A DNA stretch of 45,070 nucleotides from a virus (taxonomy: Duplodnaviria; Caudoviricetes): positions 1-45,070 of the IMG/VR virus record IMGVR_UViG_3300037963_003539. One strand, 5' to 3'. Position numbers and translations under genes: made by a program. This document shows, one piece after another, positions 19,801 through 27,630 of this stretch (position 1 is the first letter of the stretch; each line of letters starts with the position of its first letter). Under the pieces are notes generated by a model. That model saw nothing but the letters and a program-made list of their open reading frames with translations, ran no database searches and had not been told where the DNA came from.

Positions 19801-21763
19801 CTGGACTAGGCGCAGCTTCTTCTGTAGGTTGTTTTGGAGCTGTATCAAGACGTTCTTGGTCTTCTTCTCTTACCCACAACGAATCTTTTTTATTGTCTGT
19901 ATCTAAAACAGTATCTAATTGTGCGTTAAGTGATTCGTCTGATTCAGGTTTAAAATTAAATAAACCCCCTAAACGTGACTCTTGTTCTTCGCTTCTAGCA
20001 CGATAATCAAAACTATTATCAAGAGCATTTCTAGCTTGATTAAAAATACTTGTTACTGCAGCACCTGGAACTGCTCGAGCTCCACCACCTGCGAAAGCCC
20101 CTAAGAAAGCAGCCTCTGCTATTCTTAGTTTTGCATCCGCCGCATCATAATCTTCATCAATGGCAAATCTTTGTGCAACTGCTAACCCCTCTTGTAGAGT
20201 TTCTGCCGTACCTTCTGATACCGTACTAATACCAACTAGAGTAGCCATGTCTCTAGCAAAATTAGAGAAATAATTTGTATCTTTTTGTGCTGCTTGTAAT
20301 TTACCAAGCTCTGAATTAGTTAAAGCCTTTTGACCGCCTTTTTGATATTTTTGGTAGATGGTATAAAGGCCTTTGTTTACACCCTTAAGAGAATCAGGAT
20401 TTTTCTCTCCTTGTTCAACTATTTTACCTAAACGTGTTTTACGCAAAGCCATACTGTATAAAGACTTAGCAAAGAAAACTTCTGCCGCAGTTCCAATAAT
20501 AGCTTGTGGTAAACCTAAACCAAGAGCCGCAAACGCTTCGGGTTTACCCAACTCTCTTCCTGCTTCTCTATATTCTTGTAAAGATTGTGATGTCCCTACT
20601 TTATACTCTTGCAAAAAAGCACCAGTTATAGACCCACCTTTTACCAAACGGTTACCTAACGTCCAAGCCTCCTCCAAAACTACTCTTTCTTCAGGAGATA
20701 AAGCTCTTAAGCCCGCAGCGCCTCCTCCGGCCATTCTGTATTTCTTTATGGCATCTTTTAACAGCTGCTTAGTTGCCGCTTTACCACCACGTTTTAAACT
20801 TTCTTTTAATATAAAGCCTACTCCACCACCTGCTATTGCACTGGTAATAGTTTCTAGAGCTTGGGGTAGTATTTTACCTATCCCACCAAACACCTGTTCA
20901 ATTCCACCAGCAAAAGTAGGGTTATCATAAAACTCTTTAAAAGGAGTTAGTTCTTGGAAATACTCTGCTGCCTGCCTTTCATAAAAATCAGCTGTCGCTA
21001 AATTAGCTACTGCAGCTTCATCTCTTCCAAGGGCAATATTAAAAGCGGCCTTCATGCTATTCCAATCAGCCCCTGTTTGCTCTATCCCTCCTGCAAACCC
21101 ATACGTAAATTTATCAATTAAGCCTTCCGGTTTGGGTTTTCTTTCTGGAAAAGGTTGAGGTGTTACAAAAGTCGAAGTCCGCATGGCAGCTGCGTCGGGG
21201 TAAAGGAATACACCAGTTAAGTCTGTACCGGCTGAAGCTATTCTTGTGTCTGGTTCCGGTTCAATAGGTGGTAATACGGTAGGTCCTTCAAGACCTTTTA
21301 TAGAATCTGCAAATAGTTCTGCTCTGTTTATGTCTTTACCTGACTCTTGTAAATACCAGTTAGAGTCTATTGCTTCTTTTGCTGCAGAGTCAAAGTCTCT
21401 ACTCTTTAAGGCAGCCCAAGTTTTTTCTAAGGCATTAGGGTTTACGTCTTTATTCCACCAGTTCTCTCCTAATTGAAAATTAGTATGGGTTAATCTCTCT
21501 ATAAACCTTTCGTCATCGGTGCCATAACCAAGCTCTTGTGCTTGACTTAATGCTGCTTCATAAGCTTTTGTCGCATCAGCCTCAAACCATTGTGTAAGAT
21601 CTCCAGGGCGAATTCTATCTCCAGCTTGATATTGATTTAATTCAGCACCGGTTAATTTATGTCCTACACCTGCAGTCAGGTTCCCTAGCTTATCAGTGTA
21701 AACATAATCTTTACTGCCTTCTTCGGTAAGAAGTGAATTTAAGATATATTGAGGTACCTGCAC
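10895..21763 (-). CDS. Giant (3622 aa) internal virion/ejection 'polyvalent' protein: lysozyme + ART-like + AlkB + zincin domains
   Basis: Position after the ejection-protein genes. N-terminal E-x8-D-x5-T (EGSKDYVYTDKLGNLT) T4-lysozyme triad; HFT...VYFT...GYD ART-like motif; N.Y...HRD...H...RISLTFR AlkB motif; HEFGH...EEWYAD zincin; helical/hydrophobic C-terminus. Confidence 0.9.
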   Translation of the reverse strand: MQVPQYILNSLLTEEGSKDYVYTDKLGNLTAGVGHKLTGAELNQYQAGDRIRPGDLTQWFEADATKAYEAALSQAQELGYGTDDERFIERLTHTNFQLGENWWNKDVNPNALEKTWAALKSRDFDSAAKEAIDSNWYLQESGKDINRAELFADSIKGLEGPTVLPPIEPEPDTRIASAGTDLTGVFLYPDAAAMRTSTFVTPQPFPERKPKPEGLIDKFTYGFAGGIEQTGADWNSMKAAFNIALGRDEAAVANLATADFYERQAAEYFQELTPFKEFYDNPTFAGGIEQVFGGIGKILPQALETITSAIAGGGVGFILKESLKRGGKAATKQLLKDAIKKYRMAGGGAAGLRALSPEERVVLEEAWTLGNRLVKGGSITGAFLQEYKVGTSQSLQEYREAGRELGKPEAFAALGLGLPQAIIGTAAEVFFAKSLYSMALRKTRLGKIVEQGEKNPDSLKGVNKGLYTIYQKYQKGGQKALTNSELGKLQAAQKDTNYFSNFARDMATLVGISTVSEGTAETLQEGLAVAQRFAIDEDYDAADAKLRIAEAAFLGAFAGGGARAVPGAAVTSIFNQARNALDNSFDYRARSEEQESRLGGLFNFKPESDESLNAQLDTVLDTDNKKDSLWVREEDQERLDTAPKQPTEEAAPSPDQQPAKFEIPPNVKAGDQIDVFDATGKPYKATVTAVSPQTGNVKVIDESGKEVIMGEGPSAMLENVNSPEYALQYIFNRGEAVGQMSPALLKELETRLKKKQIELKTSTKDLNKAQALAIIQRDLNAIAYQKRRNATTKKPTEEETGQQEFSLEQPVIPKTFSQKVTDSKLQSVVLPGQGTFYSSEPSKVNRIAKFKGAATGRNYDRFEKTLASVLGYSEARNQNHDLLLEVVNRKGEVVWQQTMDSTPAKRAKAVEAANLLFRLKGRGLRNYDEIFNTESKAKPRSDEKYFIRIRDPETAMEERVAAATIEKVNEKEEEEEPEVRKSTIDDTDTDDFETAQAQAEGREADSPDTTQAEGLDYETQQQSAQTDKVRESDRGFIEVEGRPNEKGTVRLASTSGPKTTDAERGIKSKPQPVGSLKPIPLGALIPLDDPLRQKFKTKQLVKPYTQESIDNIKRAQQQVIDYLEGGKDNIAKAPLTPAKQAIANSINQTFATFFLGLVKQNPDKNFDITQQTAEDGQVENRIIVEPTPESRAFDQENALNIVIRGFNNADKYANVGRSTTAKKNKRFPTGSPKGQQGFRWEIVPAGTGQLRNLTEAEMSLDKPTLPKGNRYIAMNELLKAGRSLYLEQDPDNVEDYGTSLVIGFNSMLTDVLQGFEVNGVRQHIIFRKLDGTKFADGNDYIDITDLAKTQTQETTPPTDPNRIVHFTLPENVAKILEEGFDTTKPPVHGLRDNDIRRPFDATNKIGEDVVYFTTDEDRWSSTTVYVGEGKGNIEAVYYDYDAQKWVREQDAMVRIDLARVEAGIKDSARVLTLDSYKKVVDYSPAEFAAELLESTLNKAREEGYDVVNIKYENAEKWGTDREAFQKFTKNGGKDDYFILNEESIEVIPTQTPQTRPGEAITIDPDFEPLNTLLQYPEEPDLGPTAKEVLRKIKPFTYAQLEVGEIGESLGLLDKRGRPSLAYIAKGDKYNKYETENQKFQRQKREKDAVLDDDFWKLLAEEFDRRGYSLSGLYRGEGVPYNPFDSSGKETAQELLSRLIAEDAPNPNAGEDGGFAALEYERNYQAIDQERQIVSDLGLDPDRLTDDQIEDIFSRTPPSATPEQLAAAGTAQTQTTPTEDTPGLQPPNIQTDLDAVTKLINDKRQELKAEIRTRLEEEKEAALRIQDITKRVETVKRLDKQLDEIDTTQERVIERVLRNDPEIKAALEAIAAETTVAARRPAAAAQDISNLPIWFDMFRQEQGEPAVYSTLRELNQIAPPEETDIAVAIKRLLGRIKQADSISIPNRAINVGENSTESQNVDGNLVPTIPAVPMNPDIELSLLTREGIPGELKLIQPKLNKDQYAFKDLPGMPANPILREILRPKRFSKGQEDPFEAFQFSRGDIVPSKENQEKIFILEFLAGIQKGAQFRVPTITLNYVNNYFKEANFNPLLKRGFVEGPYQERNIFFGGTTFKDVGFPRRFLQRPLDIPVGGDDVGPPQRVLTSVIDTVPGQRTGQRDQRGNLVPGNFGEAPSSTMIPIRKDPPISYDINAKEYVLPGSLETSLTVSELGALFMDKLRAETETENLSINLSNLADIEQLAGRILRLNIPGGSAVAYESLSSLALEFGVNPEVLGSKDAFGEGIELAEDSPGTSVLDIYGRMSGITEIESSIIDSRPTDDLTITVDEEQAMADRAKEIKQRRRKPSPEIGIKKLLAERRAGTIAIDDTIDGIDTRNQVFTESSSLKKMNAFMEKYKNNIKNFRGNRTALWFGRVPYSYTGTSHPALAMPKEMRDLASQLSEMFGYPPEYFNSVLINKYEKGAKIAAHRDDEPIFRTDTGDIGGIATISFGGNAAVTITENFGDSKTINTSNGSVYVMPEGRFQYNYKHEVGPAESQRISLTFRHLPEVEQIDDITKRNFKVVNKRFESATTVKDMEGNRVPLERFKFAQKGPAQFIPSKGANTVRASERIKSFFREEGLTSGLSLIDVMARYVTKNLGYNQKTIVIDAETAYNFTLAENANKYRNPDSIEDDINADRRLNQKIQREQRELLEDENSTGKIVRFENVNVIIIQKTPLQSETDANASQLRLLERRFKDLGHEFGHAFLWQELGVVFKKGEKVIGGLGDEGKSFVIQKSDGTLVPVKNPIFEKLYAAYLEDRGEVSQYQDPEFGFEEWYADKFAAEMFNFIQGTKPRNAVQSFFHRIIKKLQEFYKSLGAEAQKRFGQVPPEFQQYMQNVRDIFKQNLTPQKVSRPAKAYYEARKSTIEAATIFNNLGQATKQGVSKIVSTYKNKSAREIWGLRYLLYPTDNLMKDFEKKHPKLARVIRMLRQQMYTRSKEKAGSTPAYLNTHARRNNSFFTQFLNIFDLSNTKYLSPNEKEEINEVLKIAEDFEKNPVNVLAEKAKANPTSREGRAHRVRLYLKNFHKAFLEPLGIPFNQKYFPRALAIFELINDPSKQEKLVELLYEYNREAVEKNPKLDFKEVVKRLLSEDEATLDEVDEDEGDLTDLAVGGNRKRQRYFKNIPSPVLREAGLLKDASEGMREYLNSMAKRIQYNESFVVNVRSISPAAKSILTSKGITINQKEKDAGVVTGWKALEANLAEVEAVDPKLEAKLRHIVRGQLGKAGQDMSAGFRNTNSFLLFFNAVTLLTLAPLASFPDLAGPMIHGGDFKGFSDGINFAKEYAFGGKEGRQRARQFALDLGVIAADSLSLYYINAAEQNYMNPMFKKGTDYFFRFTGLEAYTQFTRIFAAQMGKQFMVRAAEGAKKGDKLYAEQLDALGVTPEQVEAAQADDFVLTGTIGRKHQAVRSALGKFVDESIVRPNAAERPGWANNPYFAAIWQLKSFYYAYGKVIVGGIGRTMRQRYGVEGIPSAMMPAIMGAALLLPLTALGLELRELIKFTVSGFDASKFRTNRLDWSSYMGELIDRAGVLGPLGLLIPMYEAQKYGDFFLGPALGPTAERIEDLIFDAEVKQNIPVFGTLI

Positions 21764-21775
21764 ACTCTTTACCCT

Positions 21776-24274
21776 CTATAAGTTATTTTTGTTTAGTATT
21801 GCAGAAACCGCGGCTTGTTCTTTAAAGGCTTTCATTAAATTTGGATCCTGTACATCTTCATAAGAAATGGATGCTACAGAACTTCCACCCGCTGGGTCTA
21901 AAATTATAAATCTCTGGGCGTCGGGGTCGTCACGTAATCTAGACATCGTTTCCATGAAAGCTTGCGGAGTTTCGTCGTAATTAGAGACAAATGGAATTTT
22001 TTCTATTAGGTCTCTCCACCAAGATTTATCAGCCAATTGTTTAATTTTCATTTGAATTAGTTTAGCTTGGCCCTCTTTATATCTCTGGACAGAGAGTTTA
22101 AATCCTTCATTCTGTATAATTCTTGCATCTGTTGTTCCGTTTTCTACTCCTCGTAGCATTGAAAGTATCATAGCATTAGCAGTACCTAGGTTAGCTACCC
22201 CTTCGTTAAGCATATTATTTCTTTCTGTCGTACTAAACTTAGGATCATCAATCTTAGTAAAGTCTAAGTTGCCTAAAGCGCTATCTAAAGTATTTGAAAG
22301 AACGCTAATACCTGATGTGTCTACAGGTGGTGCGCTAACTTGTTCTGGTGCGATAAAAGTGCCATAAGTAAGAAAATTTGTAACATTATCTGAAGTCATA
22401 AAGGTATTATACATTTTACTATTTGGGTCCATCGTTCCATATATTCGTAACATAGCCCCATATCTAGCTACAGGAGAGGCTTGCCCAAGGTTACCATTAG
22501 CCATAGCCGGTATATTAAACAGTTCTTCGAGTTTAGCTTGGTCCTTATCATTTACTTCAATAGCTTGGTTTATTAACGTTCTAATGCTGTCTATGGATTC
22601 GCCATTCTCTATAGCTTTTTTTATTTTAGGGAAATACGTTAAACTCTCCTTACTCAAAGAGGCACGTATTGCGCTGTCGTCTGTTGAAGATACTGCTGCT
22701 CCAAATAAATCGGTTTTGCTATTATTAAGAGCAAACTCATAAGGGTCATTTAGATATTCTTGTAACTTCTCGGGGTTAGCAGCACTTAACCTATCTATCA
22801 ATTCTTTGTGCTCTTTACCAGAATAAAATTCATTTACTGTTTTTATGTTGTTTCTTCTATCTTCAGTGCTTATACCGTCCTCTGGGCCAGCTCTTCTTTC
22901 TTCTCTTATACGAGTGTCTATATCGTTTGTAACACCTCTGACCACATCTTTTAAAAGCCCCTCTCTGTAATTATCTGATTCTCTACGAAGCTTCTGTTGC
23001 TCCTCTATACTAAAAAAGCCTAATTGTGTATCACTTATGCCATAAATAGAGCCTTTTGGATAAATTTTTAAATCTCTTGTGGTTACATTTCCGGGAGGAG
23101 AATAGGCAGGTAAACTATACTCTCCTGTTAGACCAGCCTGAGGGACTACATATCCCCTAGCTTTATCACCTGAAGCTTTAAATTGTTTTATTGCCTCTAA
23201 AACTTCTTCTTTAGTATCGGCTGTTGCAACTCTTTCTTTTAAACCAAACAAGTTATCTGTTTCTGTAAGAGTTAAACCATCTCCGCCAGTAAACGCTTGC
23301 TCTTGATCTTCTTGTTCAGTTGCGGTTATTATTTTATTTAGTGCGTCTAGTTTTGTTCGTCTGTCAGTAGTTTCGGAACTAATTTTGTCAAACTCAGCTT
23401 TATACTGATCAAACGCTTGCTCAGTTAAACCCACCATTGCCCCTATTTGACCACCATTAGGCATTTTATTTACTAAATCTGTATAAAGCGCTTTGTAAGC
23501 GGTGTCTAAATATTTATTTATAGGAATATCTTGACCAGCAAAATCTTTTGTTACTCCCCCTAAAAATTCTTGATCTGATGCTATTTCAGAATCGGTCATG
23601 TCAGCTAAATTAGTGCCGTCTGAAGTAAGGTCAGCAGAGTAAAAAAATTGACCGCCGTCTTTGTTTCGACCGACTGATCTGACTAAAGGATTAATAATCG
23701 CGTATCTCCCGTTTTGATTTATACCATATTGAGAGCCAATCCAATCTATTTTTTTACCTTTCCCAAAAAGTTTATAGTCATAACCTAAACTGTTTTGTAA
23801 TAAACTTGCATTATATCTACCATTACTTTCATCCCCTAACGCTTTACCTAAAGTTACAGCAGTGCTCGGTGTTAGTTTAAAAAGATCAGTATCATCTACT
23901 TCAAGCTCGTTCTTAAATTTATCGAAAGCCTCTTCATCTCTAAACGCGGACTGGTCTGGTAAGTCTTCCCACTCTGTATTTTTAAATGTTCTTGCGTCTC
24001 CTAAAATTTGTGTTTGGATATCAAGAATATTACCTAGTTGGTTAGATCGTCCTCTATCTATGCCTTCTTGATTAGTTGCACCAATATCGAAACCAAAAAA
24101 TTGTTTCCATCTATCACCTGGCGTCTTCCTTCTGTATTCTACTTGCGATTGGCCAAAAGGGTTATTACTAGCTAAACCGCTACCTCCACTACCTCCACTA
24201 CCCTCACCTGGAGTAAATGGGTTAAAGGGAGTACTCCCAAAAGTGCTATCAAAAGTATCTTTTTCTGTCGCCAT
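21776..24274 (-). CDS. Internal virion (ejection) protein, 832 aa
   Basis: Large helical protein directly upstream of the giant protein; synteny with podovirus ejectosome genes. Confidence 0.65.
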   Translation of the reverse strand: MATEKDTFDSTFGSTPFNPFTPGEGSGGSGGSGLASNNPFGQSQVEYRRKTPGDRWKQFFGFDIGATNQEGIDRGRSNQLGNILDIQTQILGDARTFKNTEWEDLPDQSAFRDEEAFDKFKNELEVDDTDLFKLTPSTAVTLGKALGDESNGRYNASLLQNSLGYDYKLFGKGKKIDWIGSQYGINQNGRYAIINPLVRSVGRNKDGGQFFYSADLTSDGTNLADMTDSEIASDQEFLGGVTKDFAGQDIPINKYLDTAYKALYTDLVNKMPNGGQIGAMVGLTEQAFDQYKAEFDKISSETTDRRTKLDALNKIITATEQEDQEQAFTGGDGLTLTETDNLFGLKERVATADTKEEVLEAIKQFKASGDKARGYVVPQAGLTGEYSLPAYSPPGNVTTRDLKIYPKGSIYGISDTQLGFFSIEEQQKLRRESDNYREGLLKDVVRGVTNDIDTRIREERRAGPEDGISTEDRRNNIKTVNEFYSGKEHKELIDRLSAANPEKLQEYLNDPYEFALNNSKTDLFGAAVSSTDDSAIRASLSKESLTYFPKIKKAIENGESIDSIRTLINQAIEVNDKDQAKLEELFNIPAMANGNLGQASPVARYGAMLRIYGTMDPNSKMYNTFMTSDNVTNFLTYGTFIAPEQVSAPPVDTSGISVLSNTLDSALGNLDFTKIDDPKFSTTERNNMLNEGVANLGTANAMILSMLRGVENGTTDARIIQNEGFKLSVQRYKEGQAKLIQMKIKQLADKSWWRDLIEKIPFVSNYDETPQAFMETMSRLRDDPDAQRFIILDPAGGSSVASISYEDVQDPNLMKAFKEQAAVSAILNKNNL

Positions 24275-24286
24275 TCTTTATACCTA

Positions 24287-24970
24287 CTATGCAAACAGGA
24301 TTGCCGCCATAGCTGCTGTAGCTAATACGCTACCACCAATCTGTCTATTTTGTGCTGCATGTTGTGCCCTTGCTTGAGTAAAGGCATTCTGTCTACTTAC
24401 ATCATTTGCAGCAGCAGTACCCAACCCAGTTAAAGAGCTCCTGTTAACCCCTTGCCCAATATTTATTAAATTAGCTAAGGTTCTATTATTTGCATCTAAC
24501 TGTGCTAGTCGAGCGTTATTTAAACCGCCTGTCAGTGCTAAAGCTTCGCCTCTTTGGCTAGCTGCTTCTCTACCTTGTCTTAAAGCAGCAGTTTCTGACA
24601 TGCCTAACCTTTCTCTATTACGTCTAGCAACGTCTTCTGCAATTTGTGTTTGCTGCGCTACATCTTCTGGCACAGCATCTACAAGACTTGTGTCTTTTCT
24701 ATTTCGTAACATCTCTTCTTCAAAAGGACGAAAATCATTTATATATCTACCATATTGCCTTATTGCAACATCAGCGTAATCAAAATCTGGGTTAGCAGAA
24801 GGGGAAAGTCCTAACTTACTCCTTTCGTTTTTTAAATAGCCTTGTTGTCCTTCTTTAGTAGTTGTGTCAAAAGCAGTCTTAACCGGAGGTGGAGTAAAAC
24901 CATAGAAAGTTCCTCCCGTTTCGCCACCAATGTTCATGGTATTTAAAAAACTGTAGTCTAAAGCCGCCAT
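24287..24970 (-). CDS. Internal virion (ejection) protein
   Basis: A/Q/R-rich helical protein with hydrophobic C-terminus; synteny. Confidence 0.6.
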   Translation of the reverse strand: MAALDYSFLNTMNIGGETGGTFYGFTPPPVKTAFDTTTKEGQQGYLKNERSKLGLSPSANPDFDYADVAIRQYGRYINDFRPFEEEMLRNRKDTSLVDAVPEDVAQQTQIAEDVARRNRERLGMSETAALRQGREAASQRGEALALTGGLNNARLAQLDANNRTLANLINIGQGVNRSSLTGLGTAAANDVSRQNAFTQARAQHAAQNRQIGGSVLATAAMAAILFA

Positions 24971-24993
24971 ATTATTACACCATACCTCTCATA

Positions 24994-25551
24994 TTAAGTA
25001 ACTGCCAAAGAACGATAAGGGTTCGTCTTATCGTCTGCTAGTACTTGTCTCATTTTTGTTTTAGCTGCGGTGAGACCTATGTTTGCTAGCGCAGCTTTGT
25101 TTGCTCTTCTTACTGTTTGTTTCTCTGCAGCTCTTGCGAGTGTTTCAGATCTTTCTAATTTAGAGGCCTGTGCTAAAGCGCTACCGGCATCTGCTGCTTG
25201 TCCACGAGCAATACCTAATACATTTAAACCCTCTTGGTCTTTTACACCTTTTGCTGTGACGTTTGCAGAAAGCATTTGTCCAATAGCTCCAGAGGCCATG
25301 TTTGCAGCATTGTCTACCGCGCTAGTAACTCCGGGAGCAAGAGGTTGCCCAGTTAAAGCCTGCATAGTATCAGCTTGAGCTCTGCCACGTAGAGTTTGTT
25401 GTCTGTTAGAGCTACGAGCTTCATCTCTCATTTCCCTTAATAACGGGTCATAAGTGCTTTCAAAGTAATCCTGATCAGCTTTTGCTATAGCAGATTGAAT
25501 TTTTTCAGTTTCACCTGGTTGGTAATCTGCCTGTTTTGGACCACTGCCCAT
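24994..25551 (-). CDS. Internal virion (ejection) protein
   Basis: Ala/Gly/Gln-rich, MGSGPK N-terminus; follows the GNAT-like gene as in P22/T7-like layouts. Confidence 0.6.
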   Translation of the reverse strand: MGSGPKQADYQPGETEKIQSAIAKADQDYFESTYDPLLREMRDEARSSNRQQTLRGRAQADTMQALTGQPLAPGVTSAVDNAANMASGAIGQMLSANVTAKGVKDQEGLNVLGIARGQAADAGSALAQASKLERSETLARAAEKQTVRRANKAALANIGLTAAKTKMRQVLADDKTNPYRSLAVT

Positions 25552-25553
25552 AT

Positions 25554-25997
25554 TTATACCTCTTTTTTATAAACTGTAGTTATTGCTTTAAATCCATGCT
25601 TTTCAGCCGCCCTACTCCATCCAGGTCGGTCGGAATGAAACTCCATTCCTGTTATGCTAGTGTTTTGTATTAGACCTTCTAAAAACTCTACACCAGCGCT
25701 TATTATATTATACCCGGGTCTGCTGTATGCAACCCAAATAAATAAAGTTTTCTCTCCTCCAGCATCATCTAAAACTGACACTATAACAAAACCTGCATAG
25801 TAGTTATCCTCATACACCATGTATAACTCAGAACTGCCTTTTCGCAATGCTGCATATACATCGGCGGGTATCCAATCCGCGTATGACTTTTGAGCTACTT
25901 TTTTAAGGTCCGGTTCTATTGTGTTGTAAGCAACTTTAACATCCTCTAAAGGAATGTACTCAAAGACCTTACCATTAATAGTCCAACTCTTTGCCAT
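25554..25997 (-). CDS. GNAT-fold virion assembly protein (T7 gp13-like position)
   Basis: LFIWVAYS...MEFHSDRPGWSR..EKHGF motif; start re-assigned to MAKSWT. Confidence 0.6.
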   Translation of the reverse strand: MAKSWTINGKVFEYIPLEDVKVAYNTIEPDLKKVAQKSYADWIPADVYAALRKGSSELYMVYEDNYYAGFVIVSVLDDAGGEKTLFIWVAYSRPGYNIISAGVEFLEGLIQNTSITGMEFHSDRPGWSRAAEKHGFKAITTVYKKEV

Positions 25998-26658
25998 ATC
26001 GTCCATACCTCTTCCTTGGGGATAAACCTGCACTTTTATATTTAACTGTTCTTTTTACACCAATGTTTCCGCCTCTACCTCTCAACTCCGCATCATTTAT
26101 TTGGTTTTGAAATAGATTAAAATAATCAGCTGAGGCTTGTGGATTAGTCCACTCTTTACCCGGTATTCTTAATAATCTGTAAATAGCACCGTATATAATC
26201 CCGTCTCGATAATCATTACTAAAATTAGTATCTATACTATTAGTAGTCCTAGTAGGTTTTAAGGCTACGTTCAAGAGCAACCCATTTACAGTTTTTGTAT
26301 TCGGGACTGGCACCAACCAAAAGGTATCGGGTGTCTTTTGTAAGTACACAGCGGGTACTCCAGACTTATCTCGCCAATCTGGGTAATTTAATTCTAAACT
26401 TCTTGGACTAATAGGGTCTAAATCATCCCCGTCATAAGTAGCCCACAATATTTGGTGTACATCTGTACCACTGGGTTGATCAAACTCATACTCATATGTG
26501 CCTGATATTGTAGTTATTGGGTCTAGGTCATAGGTAAAAGCTTTACTTTTTTCACAAAGCTCTATGGTTGCAGAACGTAAGTTATTTCTAATTAAAGAAT
26601 CTGGACAACCCGGAACATATGGCAATACATCTTTTATTAAACTTTCAAAACTAGCCAT
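25975..26658 (-). CDS. Head-tail adaptor-like protein
   Basis: VLPYVPGCPD.L...AT.ELC, G.P..Y, LVPVP, ALKP motifs; after the capsid gene. Confidence 0.7.
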   Translation of the reverse strand: MASFESLIKDVLPYVPGCPDSLIRNNLRSATIELCEKSKAFTYDLDPITTISGTYEYEFDQPSGTDVHQILWATYDGDDLDPISPRSLELNYPDWRDKSGVPAVYLQKTPDTFWLVPVPNTKTVNGLLLNVALKPTRTTNSIDTNFSNDYRDGIIYGAIYRLLRIPGKEWTNPQASADYFNLFQNQINDAELRGRGGNIGVKRTVKYKSAGLSPRKRYGRYGKELDY

Positions 26659-27343
26659 TATTTCTCATCGCCTCCGCTTGCGGTGCATTTGATTCTTGTT
26701 GAGCAAAACCAGTACCTAAACTCATCTGAAAAGCGTTAAAGTAAGCGGTAGCTTTTTGTAAACCACCACCAGCTTCTGCATCTTTTAAATAAGCTTTGTA
26801 CGTTACAAAATCCATAAGGGCATTTGCAAAAATATCATCTACTTGTATTAAGTCAGTATTAGACCCAATACTAGTAGGGTTTTTAGAATATACTACCTCT
26901 ATATAAGCACTACCAGATACTCCAGGGTAAACATAAAATTTCCTAGGGTCTCTAGGATCAAACATAAAATGCTTAACTACTGTACCATGAGCTGCATCAC
27001 CCGTAGCTGTAGGGTCATGCCAATCAGGGTCTACACTATTTATAGCTTCAAATTCAGTTCTACGTATAACTTTACCACCCGTTGCATCACTAGCAGTACC
27101 AGACATATTTCGCACAATATTTAATAAACGTAAGCCATCGGAAGGTATTGTTTGTTCAGTGCCAGTTGCTAATAGCACATTTGCGTGTGTAGCAGTAGAA
27201 TCTGGGCGAAAATTAGCAATCTCCCTTTGGGCATCACTTAAATAATCAAATAGTTCCCCGTCGGTCCAACGCACACCAGTATTATCCTGAAGTGTATTAC
27301 GCACCCTGGATAATATGTGTTGTGCTTGTAACGTACCAGCCAT
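26651..27343 (-). CDS. Head-tail adaptor-like protein (DUF6682-like)
   Basis: LQD..GVRWT..EL.DYL.DAQREI...RPD, FYVYP, AL.D.V.Y.AY.KDAE motifs. Confidence 0.75.
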   Translation of the reverse strand: MAGTLQAQHILSRVRNTLQDNTGVRWTDGELFDYLSDAQREIANFRPDSTATHANVLLATGTEQTIPSDGLRLLNIVRNMSGTASDATGGKVIRRTEFEAINSVDPDWHDPTATGDAAHGTVVKHFMFDPRDPRKFYVYPGVSGSAYIEVVYSKNPTSIGSNTDLIQVDDIFANALMDFVTYKAYLKDAEAGGGLQKATAYFNAFQMSLGTGFAQQESNAPQAEAMRNNG

Positions 27344-27577
27344 CTAGTCTTCTTCTTTTTTCTCTGTTTTCTTAACGAGTTTTGGCTTTGCTTTAGGTTC
27401 AGGCTTTGGCTTAGGTTCTTCTCTTACTTCCTTAGCCCCAGCTTGTATACAAGCATATCCAATATACTCTGGGAATTCTCTTGCTTCTCCTGCGTATAAA
27501 CGAACAGCATCACCAGTTTTTAGTGATACATATAAGTCTGTTTCTGAGATAACTTTCATAGTTTTTCTTTCTTCCAT
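27344..27577 (-). CDS. Small capsid-adjacent hypothetical protein
   Basis: 77 aa, GGAG RBS, PK-rich tail. Confidence 0.65.
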   Translation of the reverse strand: MEERKTMKVISETDLYVSLKTGDAVRLYAGEAREFPEYIGYACIQAGAKEVREEPKPKPEPKAKPKLVKKTEKKEED

Positions 27578-27595
27578 TTAAAACTCCTGTTTAGT

Positions 27596-27624
27596 AGAAA
27601 GAGGTGGTCCGAAGACCACCCCTA
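27596..27624 (-). terminator. Rho-independent terminator after the major capsid gene
   Basis: Minus strand AGGGGTGGTC-TTCG-GACCACCTCT followed by TTTC; cUUCGg tetraloop; short U tract suggests a leaky terminator. Confidence 0.75.
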
Positions 27625-27630
27625 TCTTAA

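Noticed and set aside
10895-21763. Giant protein as an N4-type virion RNA polymerase (similar size; DKRGR and IAKAPLT resemble fragments of RNAP motifs)
   Set aside because: No ordered set of motifs A/B/C (no K..T..YG) and no DxDGD was found; the fragments are out of order. Only a structure search could reopen this.
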